Assembly (NCBI GenBank): GCA_038231135.1
Contig: JBBRLX010000015.1
Location: 1 to 64,000, forward strand
Length of the DNA: 64,000 nucleotides
Source of the DNA: Candidatus Eiseniibacteriota bacterium
Lineage (GTDB): Bacteria; Eisenbacteria; RBG-16-71-46
Direction of reading: 5' to 3'
Shown: one piece after another, positions 1-10,302 of the stretch
Position numbering within the stretch: position 1 is the first letter of the stretch
How the letters are laid out: each line of letters opens with the position of its first letter
Notes under the pieces: generated by a model
Told to the model about the DNA's origin: nothing
Database searches by the model: none
Seen by the model: only the letters and a program-made list of their open reading frames with translations
Position numbers and translations under genes: made by a program

Positions 1-248
1 CAGTTGCGGACGTTTCAGCGCAGGGTCAAGGAGTGGCGACGTGCAGCGGCGCGCGAGCTCGTCTTCGCATCGGCGCAGGGTGCGGCATAGATACCGGCGC
101 GCTCACGCGGCCGAACTTTGCGGCCCTCTGATCGGCGCCAGCGAGGTGATGCACCGCAACCTGCCTCGCTGGTAACATTCTCAACTGAGGCAACACGTTC
201 CGGGAAAAGTAGTTGTCGCCCATCAAGCGAGCATACGGAGCGATACCC

Positions 249-2684
249 ATGGACCGCAAACAACTGTTTTTGGAGATGTATGCCGCCAAGACCGAGAGCG
301 AACTCGACGCAGTTCTTGCGCAGTACCCCGCGACCGCGGATCCCGGTAATTGGCACGCTTACGGTGACAACGAGAGCAACTTCGGTGTCGTCGAGAACCA
401 GCAGGCGTCGCCCATCCCAGCGCTGGTCGAGAAGCTCATCAACTCGATCGACGCAATGCTGATGCGGCGCTGTCTTGAGGCGGGCATGGACCCACGATCT
501 ATCGGTGCTCCACAGTCGATGCAAGACGCAGTCTCACGCTTCTTCCCAAACGCGAGGAGTTGGGACCTTTCAGCGGAGCGCAAGCGCCAGGCCGAGTGTA
601 TCCAAATCGTCGCAGACGGCCCGCGCGGAGACACGTCACTCACCATCTACGATGACGGAGAAGGGCAGCACCCTGCGGACTTCCCCACCACGTTCCTCTC
701 ACTTCTTCGGGGCAACAAGAACGAGATCCACTTCGTTCAGGGCAAGTACAACATGGGTGGCGCCGGTGCAATCGCGTTTTGTGGCAAGAAGCGCTACCAA
801 CTCGTCGCCTCCAAACGCTACGACGAGTCGGGCCTCTTTGGATTCACGTTGGTACGGCGCCACCCCGTGTCGCTTGCGGAGCGCACAAACAGAAAGAATA
901 CCTGGTACGAGTACCTCGTGCTAGATGATCAGATTCCAGCGTTCGCGATCGACCAGCTCGATCTCGGGTTGTACGGCAGGCGCTTTACGACGGGCACAAT
1001 CATCAAGCTCTACTCCTACGACTTGCCGGCAGGAGCACGGTCCGTCATATCTCGCGACTTGAACCAAAGCATAAACGAGCATCTCTTCAGCCCGGCCCTG
1101 CCGCTGTACACGATCGACAAGCCTGAGCGGTACCCAAAGGATCGCAACCTCCAGCGCGAGCTGTACGGCCTGCAACGGCGCCTCGAAGAGGACGGCGAGA
1201 AGTACATTGCCGAATTCTTCTCAGACACGCTGACTGATCATGCCATGGGCCGGGTGAAGATTACCTGCTACGTCTTCCGCCCCACCCTTGCCGACAAGAG
1301 TGCAAGAGAGAGTAAGGAGAGCATTCAGCGCGAGTTCTTCAAGAACAACATGGCCGTCATCTTCTCCGTTCACGGCCAGGTGCATGGGCACTATACGTCC
1401 GAATTTATTACGCGATCTCTCAAGCTGCCCCTGCTCAAGGATTACCTGCTCGTCCATGTTGACTGTACCGACATGCAACTTGAATTTCGCAACGAGCTAT
1501 TCATGGCGAGCCGCGATCGACTCAAGGACGGTGAAGAGTCGCGCACGTTGCGCCACAATCTGGCGGACATCCTGCTCAAGGGTCGCCTCAGCGAGATCCA
1601 TGACGCTCGCAAGAATGCAATTAGCGTCGAGAGTAAGGATGCGGACGATCTACTCAGAAGTTTTACTCGCGACCTTCCGCTTCAGAGCGAGCTCGTTCGC
1701 CTGCTGAGTCAGACCTTCAAGCTTCGCGATGGGTCCGGAGGAGGTCCGAGCAAAGCAGACAAAGCGCGGCGACAGCGGACGAGCAAGCGCGAGGATCCAG
1801 TGTTCCACCCGCAACGCTTTCCGTCATTCTTCAAGCTGCAGAAGACACTGCGCGGCGGTACAAGCATTCTCAAGGTGCCACTGGGCGGCGACCGGACCAT
1901 CAAGTTCTCGACCGACGCTGAAGATCAGTACTTCGACCGAGTGAGCGAGCCTGGGGACTTGAAGATCGCCGTATTGGGGGTCGAGACGAATACGGCGAAC
2001 GGCGGCACCAAACCGGGTCTGCCGAAGCAACCAGACGACTTGCTGAACGTCGTGAGGTCGAGTCCACATCGAGGGACGATTCGAGTTGTCGTCAGCCCGA
2101 CTGACGAGGCACGCGTTGGCGATGCCGTCAGGATTCGCGCACAGCTCAGCGGTCCCGGTGCCACCTTCGAAGAGATCATCCTAGTAAACATCACAGATCC
2201 TGAAGCGAAACAACCGAAGTCGGAACCGGGGAACGATGAACCGGAACGGCCGCTGGGATTGCCGAGGCTCGCGCTAGTCTATCGTGACGTAGGCAAGGGG
2301 CCGATCACCTGGGCCGATCTTGAGCAGCAAGGTATAGACATCGACCACAACGTGGTCATGCATCCCTTGGTCGATGGTGATTTATTGACTACTATCTACG
2401 TCAACATGGACAGCCGAGTGCTGCTCAAACACCGATCCAAGCTTTCAGCCGAGGCGTCCATCACGCTCGGCGAGCGACGCTACATCTCGTCCGTCTATTT
2501 CCATACGCTGTTTCTGTACATGATTACGCGTAATAGGCAGTATGAGATTGTGCGGCCTCGAAGTGATGCCGTTGTGCCTGAGTCTATCGATCTCACTGAG
2601 TATCTTAAGGACGTGTTCCAAAGCTACTATGCCGAGTTCCTTCTGAACTTCGAGGTCCAGCAACTTCTAGCAGCGTTGGAATGA
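249..2684 (+). CDS. GHKL-family ATPase (MORC/sacsin/TopoVIB-like N-terminus) with long uncharacterised C-terminus
   Basis: Bergerat-fold motifs EKLINSIDA (N box), IYDDGEGQ (G1), GKYNMGGAG (G2), GTIIKL (G3); ATG 249 preferred over TTG 213. Confidence 0.75.
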   Translation: MDRKQLFLEMYAAKTESELDAVLAQYPATADPGNWHAYGDNESNFGVVENQQASPIPALVEKLINSIDAMLMRRCLEAGMDPRSIGAPQSMQDAVSRFFPNARSWDLSAERKRQAECIQIVADGPRGDTSLTIYDDGEGQHPADFPTTFLSLLRGNKNEIHFVQGKYNMGGAGAIAFCGKKRYQLVASKRYDESGLFGFTLVRRHPVSLAERTNRKNTWYEYLVLDDQIPAFAIDQLDLGLYGRRFTTGTIIKLYSYDLPAGARSVISRDLNQSINEHLFSPALPLYTIDKPERYPKDRNLQRELYGLQRRLEEDGEKYIAEFFSDTLTDHAMGRVKITCYVFRPTLADKSARESKESIQREFFKNNMAVIFSVHGQVHGHYTSEFITRSLKLPLLKDYLLVHVDCTDMQLEFRNELFMASRDRLKDGEESRTLRHNLADILLKGRLSEIHDARKNAISVESKDADDLLRSFTRDLPLQSELVRLLSQTFKLRDGSGGGPSKADKARRQRTSKREDPVFHPQRFPSFFKLQKTLRGGTSILKVPLGGDRTIKFSTDAEDQYFDRVSEPGDLKIAVLGVETNTANGGTKPGLPKQPDDLLNVVRSSPHRGTIRVVVSPTDEARVGDAVRIRAQLSGPGATFEEIILVNITDPEAKQPKSEPGNDEPERPLGLPRLALVYRDVGKGPITWADLEQQGIDIDHNVVMHPLVDGDLLTTIYVNMDSRVLLKHRSKLSAEASITLGERRYISSVYFHTLFLYMITRNRQYEIVRPRSDAVVPESIDLTEYLKDVFQSYYAEFLLNFEVQQLLAALE

Positions 2685-3165
2685 TGGCCCGCCGGCTCAC
2701 GGGCCCTGCGGCAGTCTCCGCTGTCTACTTGTCGGTCATCCACCCGGTCCCATCTGGGGCGCTCATCGCGCATTTCTGGCGCGGAGAGACGGATGTGCAG
2801 ACTGTCCTATAGTCTGCGCGGCCAGACCGGCGAGGACCACAGGTGATTCGGTCTGCTCAATGAGCACTGAATCGACCCGCCCTCGAAGTGAAACTGGATG
2901 ACCGGCCATTCGATCAAACGGTCGATTGGCCGATCCGAAGCAAGCCGAGGGAACATCGACAGAACGCGCAATCCAGACATGACGCCCTGACGGTCTCGTA
3001 ACACATGCCATTGCAATCGATTAGGCGAGCAGTCGCCCTTGACAGCGCGACGAGGACGTGGAAAACTGACCAGCATGTATTCTTCTATCCTCCGCCCTAC
3101 GAAGTCGCCAAAGCTCGGCCGGGAGTCGCTACCGACGAATGGTCCGCTCATTCGAGGACATTGAA

Positions 3166-4761
3166 ATGCCAAATCCAGGAACCGACAACCCTTCACCAGC
3201 GCTCACCCCTCTGCCCAGACACGCGTCGGGTCTTGTGCGCGATTTCGCTTTATGGGACACGTTCGTTTTCAATACGATCGGATTTGCGCTCGGTTTTGTA
3301 ATTGTTCTTGTTCCGGGCCTGCTGGCGAGCACGTTTCCAAGCGCTGACGTACGTCTTGTCCTCGTCTTTGGCACAATTCTGACTCTTTTCAATGGTCTCG
3401 TCTACGGAATGTTTGGCGCGGCAATGCCGCGTTCCGGAGGAGACTATGTCTTCATCGGCCGCGTTCTTACTCCAGCCATCGGATTCATCTCGAGTTGGGG
3501 ATTCACGTGGTCCCAGCTGCTCGGTCTGGGCGTGTACGGGGCCTGGACCATTACGAGTGCTCTCTCCCCCGCACTCATCTCCTTCGGCAATGTGACTGGC
3601 CATCCGGCCCTGACTAATGCTGGCACAGCGGTGGGACAACCCGTCTGGGTATTCGCCCTCGGCACGCTTACGCTTCTTTCCGTCGGCCTCGTACTGCTTC
3701 GGGGAACACGCGTCTTAGTGCGACTTCTAGATGGACTTTTCGTTGTCGCAATAGCCGGAACAGTAGCCATGGGAATCGTCCTTTTTCGCGCGCAACACGC
3801 CGACTTCATCGTCGGACTCCCGAATTTGATGCGCACCTTGGGTCACCCCGAGCTAACATATGGTGGGATTCTAGCGCTTGCAGCGGCTCATGGCTGGGTT
3901 GCCCCTAGCGCTACCGATACCTGGCTTGCTTCACTCAAGGCCCTACCCATCGGGTATTGGGTCTTTGTTGGCTTCACGTTCTCAGTATATGTCGGCGGCG
4001 AAGTCCAGGAGCCACAGCGAACTCAGATTCGCGCCATCCTTGCAGCCCTTTTCTTCGGGTTCATTAGCTACTTCTTCTTGCTCGGCCGCTACTACGACGT
4101 CGTCGGAAAGGATTTCATCAACGCCGTCACATATCTACAGGGGGTACCTCACAGTGGATTACCGGATGGACTTTCCCTCACAGTGTTCTTGGGGGCATTG
4201 AGCCACAACTGGTTCTTGCATGCCCTCATCAATCTCGGCACGGTGATCTGGTTCTACCTTCTGCTGTATGTAATGGCTGCCGTATGCGTTCGGAACCTAT
4301 ATGCGTGGGCCGCCGATGGCTCTGTGCCGCGTAGCTTGGCCCGTCTGGGACGTGGCGGCCCCATCACCGCAACTTTCATCGTCATCGGGATTGCGGTACT
4401 CATGGCAGCGCTGCAAGCCTTTGCTGGAGTAGGCGTTGTGAACTATATAGCCCTGTTTAGCCTTTGCTTTCTTGTCGCGGGGATCGCGGCAATGCTTTAC
4501 CCCTATCGACGGCGGGAACTGTTCCAGAACAGCCCTGCGATGGTCCGCTGGCGCGTTCTCGGACTGCCGCTCATCGTCATCGCAGGGGCTGTTAACACGA
4601 TTCTCTTCGCCGTAGTCCTATGGAGTTCACTTACGAATCCCGGATTCAGCGGGGTACGCGGATTGATTCCAACGATCCTGGTCCTTGCCGTCTACCTGTC
4701 GGGAGCGGCTGTATTCGCGTGGTCGAGGAGACGTACTGGTGAGCTGCCCGAGGCATCGTGA
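3166..4761 (+). CDS. APC-superfamily amino acid permease
   Basis: About 12 hydrophobic segments; AMPRSGGDYVFIGR motif; SD GAGGA before ATG 3166 (alternative start 3139). Confidence 0.9.
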   Translation: MPNPGTDNPSPALTPLPRHASGLVRDFALWDTFVFNTIGFALGFVIVLVPGLLASTFPSADVRLVLVFGTILTLFNGLVYGMFGAAMPRSGGDYVFIGRVLTPAIGFISSWGFTWSQLLGLGVYGAWTITSALSPALISFGNVTGHPALTNAGTAVGQPVWVFALGTLTLLSVGLVLLRGTRVLVRLLDGLFVVAIAGTVAMGIVLFRAQHADFIVGLPNLMRTLGHPELTYGGILALAAAHGWVAPSATDTWLASLKALPIGYWVFVGFTFSVYVGGEVQEPQRTQIRAILAALFFGFISYFFLLGRYYDVVGKDFINAVTYLQGVPHSGLPDGLSLTVFLGALSHNWFLHALINLGTVIWFYLLLYVMAAVCVRNLYAWAADGSVPRSLARLGRGGPITATFIVIGIAVLMAALQAFAGVGVVNYIALFSLCFLVAGIAAMLYPYRRRELFQNSPAMVRWRVLGLPLIVIAGAVNTILFAVVLWSSLTNPGFSGVRGLIPTILVLAVYLSGAAVFAWSRRRTGELPEAS

Positions 4762-5573
4762 GTCTTGAGGGCGACCCACTACCTAGGACATTCCAGTCCA
4801 GCATGACAACCGCAGCCACATTGCTACCAGAGGCTCTTGCGCTCATACAAAACGCAGCAGCGGAGGGTATTGAGCTGCGCCTCTTCGGCAGTCTCGCGAT
4901 CTGGCACCACTGTCCTCGCGCACGTCAATTTGCACAGGCTCGCTGGAACCGAGGCATCGTTGATATCGATCTCGCTGGCAGATCCTCGCAGCAAAGCAGC
5001 GTAGAATCACTTCTCGTCCGCTGGGGATTCGAATTGCACCCGGGCGTTCGATCGATGCCCGATGCAGCTCGCACCGTTTTCCGCGGGCGTGGCGGTGGAC
5101 TTCACGGGGACATCGCCTACGGTCGACTGCGCTTCTCTCACGACCTTCTGATAGAACCTCGCATATTATGCGATGCCCCGACTTTGCCAGTCGCTGAACT
5201 TCTACTATTGAAGCTCCAAATCGTCGATTTTGCGCAAAGGGATCTCTTGGATGCTGCCCAACTTCTCGCCGATCACGAAGTCGCGGACGGAGATTGCGAC
5301 CGAATCAATTTGCACGCAGTCCTGGCATCTGTTCTTCGCGATTGGGGGCTTGCTCACTCTCTGGATCGGAATCTTCTGATACTGCTTAGCGCTGCTCAAG
5401 AAGGGAGCCTTGGGACCTTGCCCGCTGAGGCGCAAGGGCGAGTGATTGAGCGGGCGACGCTTCTTCGTGATCGACTGCAGAGTGCTCCGAAGCCGTTCCG
5501 CTTCCGCATCCGCGCACGTCTTGGCGAGCACGTCCGATGGTATAACCGCGTCAACGAGGTGGGGCCGTGGTAA
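4758..5573 (+). CDS. Uncharacterised protein with nucleotidyltransferase (Pol-beta-like) signature
   Basis: LRLFGSLAI...VDIDL (hGS...DxD), later LLKLQI and RDLLD; GTGA overlap with the permease stop. Confidence 0.6.
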   Translation: MSLEGDPLPRTFQSSMTTAATLLPEALALIQNAAAEGIELRLFGSLAIWHHCPRARQFAQARWNRGIVDIDLAGRSSQQSSVESLLVRWGFELHPGVRSMPDAARTVFRGRGGGLHGDIAYGRLRFSHDLLIEPRILCDAPTLPVAELLLLKLQIVDFAQRDLLDAAQLLADHEVADGDCDRINLHAVLASVLRDWGLAHSLDRNLLILLSAAQEGSLGTLPAEAQGRVIERATLLRDRLQSAPKPFRFRIRARLGEHVRWYNRVNEVGPW

Positions 5574-6532
5574 GGGCGCACACCGATTGGCGCCTGCTCT
5601 TTGTGACGGACTTGCACGGTGCCGAGCGCTGCTTCGAACTTCTCTTAGAACAACTAGCAACCCGCCGCTTTGATGTCGTCGTTGTCGGAGGCGATGTAAC
5701 GGGGAAATTGCTTGTCCCGATCGTTCCAACTGCGCACGGACAATCCGCAGCACATTTCAAGGGCGCCACAGTCCAACTTACTAGTCCATCTGAGACAAAT
5801 ACATTCGTCACGCGCGCCGCAGCTACAGGAGCATATGCATACCCGTGTACTTCCGGGGAGTACTTGCGGCTCTTGAACGACATGCCTTACCGCGAGGCGA
5901 TAATTCAACGCCTGATTGACGATCGACTCGCACGATGGCTAGGCCAATTGCAACGAGTCGCGCGAGCCACTCATATCAAGGTCATTTTCAACCTCGGCAA
6001 CGACGACTCTCTGTCCTGCAATGCTCTGTTTCCTCTAAACAACGTTGAGCTGGCCGAGGGTACTGTAATTGAATTGCTCAACGGGATTAGCATTGCGTCA
6101 TGCGGATATGCCAATGACACGCCATGGCACTTGCCGCGTGACGAGCCCGAGGACAAACTCCACCAACGCCTTCAGACTCTAATCGCTACAGTTGAAGACA
6201 AAGCCCGCCTTATTTGCAACTTTCACGCGCCTCCCTACGCCTCCGGGCTCGACACGGCCATTCTCCTGGAGCCGGATCTTCGCCCCCAGAGTGGAGGCTT
6301 CGGGCCTCTGCGCGGCCCTGTTGGCTCACATGCTGTTGACCGCGTTATTCGTGAGATGCAGCCTTTGCTGGGGCTTCACGGTCACATTCATGAGTCCGCT
6401 GGTCGAGCACGACTTGGACGCACCGTGTGTCTAAATCCAGGGAGTGAATATGAGGCCGGCATTCTGCGTGTCGCTGAATGTGACTTTGAAGGATCCTCTC
6501 TGACACGCGCCTCACTTAAGTCACTTCTGTAG
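5567..6532 (+). CDS. Icc-related calcineurin-like metallophosphoesterase
   Basis: Motifs DLHG, GGDVTG, GNDD, FHAPP, GHIHE, NPGS; overlaps the upstream stop. Confidence 0.88.
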   Translation: MVRAHTDWRLLFVTDLHGAERCFELLLEQLATRRFDVVVVGGDVTGKLLVPIVPTAHGQSAAHFKGATVQLTSPSETNTFVTRAAATGAYAYPCTSGEYLRLLNDMPYREAIIQRLIDDRLARWLGQLQRVARATHIKVIFNLGNDDSLSCNALFPLNNVELAEGTVIELLNGISIASCGYANDTPWHLPRDEPEDKLHQRLQTLIATVEDKARLICNFHAPPYASGLDTAILLEPDLRPQSGGFGPLRGPVGSHAVDRVIREMQPLLGLHGHIHESAGRARLGRTVCLNPGSEYEAGILRVAECDFEGSSLTRASLKSLL

Positions 6533-6851
6533 ACGATGCCGCTGTTGTAAACTCGTCGAAAGTGGGCACAAGCCGAATATCTAGCCGCCCAGCTTCATCG
6601 GCAACCCCGTCCCAGTGCTGCCCTAAACTCCAGTGTCTAACTTGACCAAAGATGCGAGCAAATTCGACGACCGGAGTCGGCCGCACCGTCCAACCCACGA
6701 ATCGTCCTTCCTCAAGTACGATTTCTTTCTGACTAAATCGGTCTCGGACCATCTCTGCAAGGTCTAACACCTCACCCCGCTCAGCGTCAGCATCATGTCC
6801 CCACAGAGTATTATGTTCGTGCTCATCTTGTACGATTGTTCTACTTCCCAC
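6516..6851 (-). CDS. Hypothetical protein (~111 aa)
   Basis: GTG 6851 overlaps the end of the upstream ORF; globular-looking composition; no recognised motif. Confidence 0.4.
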   Translation of the reverse strand: MGSRTIVQDEHEHNTLWGHDADAERGEVLDLAEMVRDRFSQKEIVLEEGRFVGWTVRPTPVVEFARIFGQVRHWSLGQHWDGVADEAGRLDIRLVPTFDEFTTAASSTEVT

Positions 6852-8553
6852 CCCAAAGCCCACGGGCCTCTGCGAACGAGGCCCCGCCAAATAGATCGAC
6901 CATGCGCTTTCTGAGAACATGCTTCACATCGGGGTCTGCCGACAAAGTCAGCGCCCCACTTTGGATCATTCTTGGAATCAGCAAACTCCATCGTGTCGTG
7001 AAGCTCCGATGCCTTAGCCTTTTCTCAAATAACCACCAGCGCGCGAGGCCCAAGGGCGAGAGCGCTGCCTTCTCGCCACTCCCTCCTGGTCGCACATCCA
7101 GTGGTATCCACTCTTCCGAGAGAGACGCGCTTCTAAGCTTGAACGATGGCACTTCCCATTGCATCTCCACGTCCGGAGGAGCCACCTCCACCGACTTCCA
7201 TGTGAGATGGATCCACAATCGCTCCTCATTCTTGCGGGGCTCCAGATCGAAGATGCACGCGATGGAGAGAGCATCCACCAGCATCCTGAACATTGGCACT
7301 GCCAAGACCCACCCGAGTGTTCTGGGGAGCCTCATACTTCTCGTCTTGAAGAGTGGCGTGGCCGTCTCGTTTGGCAGCTCGACCACTACCCGCTCCGACC
7401 ACCTCGGCGACACTTGCCCACGAACAGGTGTCTGTCTCCTTTTTCTGACAAGCAGGTAACTCTCTATCCACGGCAATGACCGACTTGTGTATTGGAAAAT
7501 CTCCAGCGCTCGCTCTTCGCAACCGTTGGCGTCGATCACTAGTAGTGTTCTCGCCGCGTCCTCCAGCCAGGCCAAATCTAGCGTCTCGTGTGGAAACCGC
7601 CGAGACCGCATCGCGATTTCCGACCGAAGGGCTTCTTCACAGCCTTGAGGCGTGAACAGGGCAGGAGTCCATGCCATCCACATCTGGCTGTTCACCGCTT
7701 CCACGGTTGCTGCATGCGGTGAAAGGCAAATTCGGTATCCGTTGAACGGTGCGGGACTGGCCCCCTGCTCCCTGATAGACTTGAGCCGATATTTGAGGAC
7801 GCCGAGAAACAACGCTGCCGCGAGTGTCGCGTGGGGATCGGAAGCAACCGAAGAGTGCAGCTCCGAGAGTCGCAACAATGCGTCGACCTTTGAATTTCCA
7901 TCAGGAGTACGAGCAATGTTGTTTCCGAGCGCTTGGAGTGAGCGCAGGCTACTTGAGCCTTGACTTCCGACGCGGCTCTCGATTTCACGGCAACGGATCG
8001 AGAATGCAAGCGCAGCGCTCGTGGCTTTGCCTGCGAGCTGCGTCTCGTCCGCCTCCACTGGCCAGGCATCGTGGGCTACGACGTGCTGCAAGTACCTGCG
8101 CACTCGCTGAACGGTTTCCGGATCCTCACACAGGCATCCTCCCACTCTCCGCTCAAGAGGCGGGGCGACGACCGCAACGGATCGCGGGCACTGCTCCCAA
8201 GACAGACCGAACGCCCTTCTAAACTCCCCACTCCATCCATTGCCAGGTACAATTGCTATCCGCGGCCAATGCACCGCATCCTGATTGGCGGCGTCGGCAT
8301 TTAGGAGCGCAATTCTCGCGGTATCTACATCGTCCCGATCGATGCCTGACGAATCAGCCGCATCCCTCGCTACCCAAATCAGCACCGCGCGCCGTTGTGC
8401 CGTGGGTGTCGGCGTAGATGTAAACCACAATACCGCGGAGGAAACTGAGGGCGTCTCCGCCATTTCTCTCAGCAGAACGCATGACTTTGTGCCGCTTACG
8501 CCTTGCCTTCGCTCGTCCTCCGCGAATGGACACCGGATACAGGCCGTTGGCAT
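6841..8553 (-). CDS. Hypothetical protein (~570 aa)
   Basis: Long ORF with SD GGGAGG before ATG 8553, 13 nt after the upstream stop; no recognised family. Confidence 0.7.
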   Translation of the reverse strand: MPTACIRCPFAEDERRQGVSGTKSCVLLREMAETPSVSSAVLWFTSTPTPTAQRRAVLIWVARDAADSSGIDRDDVDTARIALLNADAANQDAVHWPRIAIVPGNGWSGEFRRAFGLSWEQCPRSVAVVAPPLERRVGGCLCEDPETVQRVRRYLQHVVAHDAWPVEADETQLAGKATSAALAFSIRCREIESRVGSQGSSSLRSLQALGNNIARTPDGNSKVDALLRLSELHSSVASDPHATLAAALFLGVLKYRLKSIREQGASPAPFNGYRICLSPHAATVEAVNSQMWMAWTPALFTPQGCEEALRSEIAMRSRRFPHETLDLAWLEDAARTLLVIDANGCEERALEIFQYTSRSLPWIESYLLVRKRRQTPVRGQVSPRWSERVVVELPNETATPLFKTRSMRLPRTLGWVLAVPMFRMLVDALSIACIFDLEPRKNEERLWIHLTWKSVEVAPPDVEMQWEVPSFKLRSASLSEEWIPLDVRPGGSGEKAALSPLGLARWWLFEKRLRHRSFTTRWSLLIPRMIQSGALTLSADPDVKHVLRKRMVDLFGGASFAEARGLWGGK

Positions 8554-8566
8554 CCTGACTGCCTCC

Positions 8567-10183
8567 CTAGCTACCCTTTTTGAGCACAATCACAAAGGGC
8601 GACCGCCCATCGGTTTCTTGGTATATGCCCTCGTATCCGCGCCATGCCACAGCCTCGGCCTCCACGATCACTATCCTCTTTGCTCTTCCCAACAATTCCT
8701 CAAGCATCTGATACAATTCAGCATGAAGGTGTTGCTTCTCAGCGCTGTCCGGGCCATCAAATCTTAGTACCAGACCGTCAGGTGTCCGCGTGACGTGTGG
8801 AGCTGTCGCACTCGCCTTGCCGGACATCCCCACCCGCGTAAGCCACGCCAACAGCTCCAAGAAGTAGTGGGACGCTGTATCTATCTCCGGTGGATCGCAC
8901 TTGCCCGTTAGCACCCAGACGGCCTCGTCATTCCCTTCTTCCAGATACTTGCGCAGCGTTGCGCTCTCGAGCTCGCCGCCACCCCCAATACTTTTCCATG
9001 TGCCGTTTGATCCGACCCAGATAGCTAGTCTTAACTGAATCGAGTTGACTTTGATCTCCCGCAATAGGTTTGCCACATCCATCGTGGCTCGGGCAATGAG
9101 AAGCGTCTCCTTCGCACGGAGCACACTGTCATCGGGCTCTTCACCAAATGAGCCTCGGTATACGTCGAGGTGTGATCGGAGTTCGTCGGCCTCATGCATT
9201 GCTGATGCACGCATCTCTTGGTCCGTCCCCGCTAGGTCCTCGAGCAAATCCCTGATCCTCGCGTCGGTGATGATGGATTCGTGGGGACTTTCCGGGAGCA
9301 ATCGGTGGTGCAGACGCGGGCGCGTCGTCCCCAACTCAGAGGCGAGATCCTCAAGCGCACGCCGCAACGTATGGTCCAACCTCTTAAGGCGCTCGCGCCG
9401 CTCCGCGATCAGCCTGTGTTCGCGGCGCAGATCCATGTTCCAAGTCCACACGTGCACCAGAAACGCGCTTCGGAGAATCTGGCGATGCCGCGCCACTTGA
9501 GCCGGCAGGACTGACGGCTTATACCGATAGCCGTACATTGCCCACTGATACGTCTTGAACGTCGTGCCCGCCGGAGGCTGGCTTGTTAGCACTCCTAATA
9601 CCGTCTTAGCGTCAAGGCATGTTGTATATGGCTCTAGGCTTGACCGACCGCCGCTCGCACCAGGCGATTGCGTGCGCAATACAAACCCCTGCACGCTTGC
9701 GCACGACATGAGTGCACCTTTCGCCTTGGCGTCAATAGGCAATACGTCACCAATCGGCTTGTCAGCGTCGAAAGCCCAATCTCTCGCAATCGCTTCCTCG
9801 CGGCCGGGCGCGGCGATTGCCGCGTCCGCTCCAGTCATCGATGCACGCTCAAGGGAGGCCGAGCCGCGTTCTATTGTTCTGTTAATATCACATCTATAGT
9901 GTAATAGCGCGCCCTCGTCTGCAATCATTGTCGTTCGCGCATGGGGCTGGTATGAGTAGAAGCACAACACTGCTTCAATGGCATCGAGTATCTCGTGAGG
10001 CAATGACGCGAGCAGTCCCCGCTGATACTCCGACATGTGGTACGAGGGAGATGCTGAAAATAGCGACTCGTGCAGTGCGAGGTACGTTGGATCCAACACA
10101 CGTCCCTCAGACCAGCGAGCGGCATTGGTATAGAACTCTCCGAGGAGTTCGTCTTCTCTGGCAACCTTGGTGTCATGCTTCAT
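8567..10183 (-). CDS. Hypothetical protein (538 aa), possibly a highly divergent sensor-kinase-like protein
   Basis: Long ORF; central coiled coil ending in an H-box-like LKRLDHTLRRAL; canonical N/G boxes not seen. Confidence 0.65.
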   Translation of the reverse strand: MKHDTKVAREDELLGEFYTNAARWSEGRVLDPTYLALHESLFSASPSYHMSEYQRGLLASLPHEILDAIEAVLCFYSYQPHARTTMIADEGALLHYRCDINRTIERGSASLERASMTGADAAIAAPGREEAIARDWAFDADKPIGDVLPIDAKAKGALMSCASVQGFVLRTQSPGASGGRSSLEPYTTCLDAKTVLGVLTSQPPAGTTFKTYQWAMYGYRYKPSVLPAQVARHRQILRSAFLVHVWTWNMDLRREHRLIAERRERLKRLDHTLRRALEDLASELGTTRPRLHHRLLPESPHESIITDARIRDLLEDLAGTDQEMRASAMHEADELRSHLDVYRGSFGEEPDDSVLRAKETLLIARATMDVANLLREIKVNSIQLRLAIWVGSNGTWKSIGGGGELESATLRKYLEEGNDEAVWVLTGKCDPPEIDTASHYFLELLAWLTRVGMSGKASATAPHVTRTPDGLVLRFDGPDSAEKQHLHAELYQMLEELLGRAKRIVIVEAEAVAWRGYEGIYQETDGRSPFVIVLKKGS

Positions 10184-10302
10184 GCTTTGGCTTCCATAAT
10201 GCCCTTACGCACGTGGCTCTCATCTCGCCCGCCATGGGCTTCCGTGACAGTCGTTCTTGCCCACAACATGCATCATTTAGCGACATCACAACGTGCCGCG
10301 CA

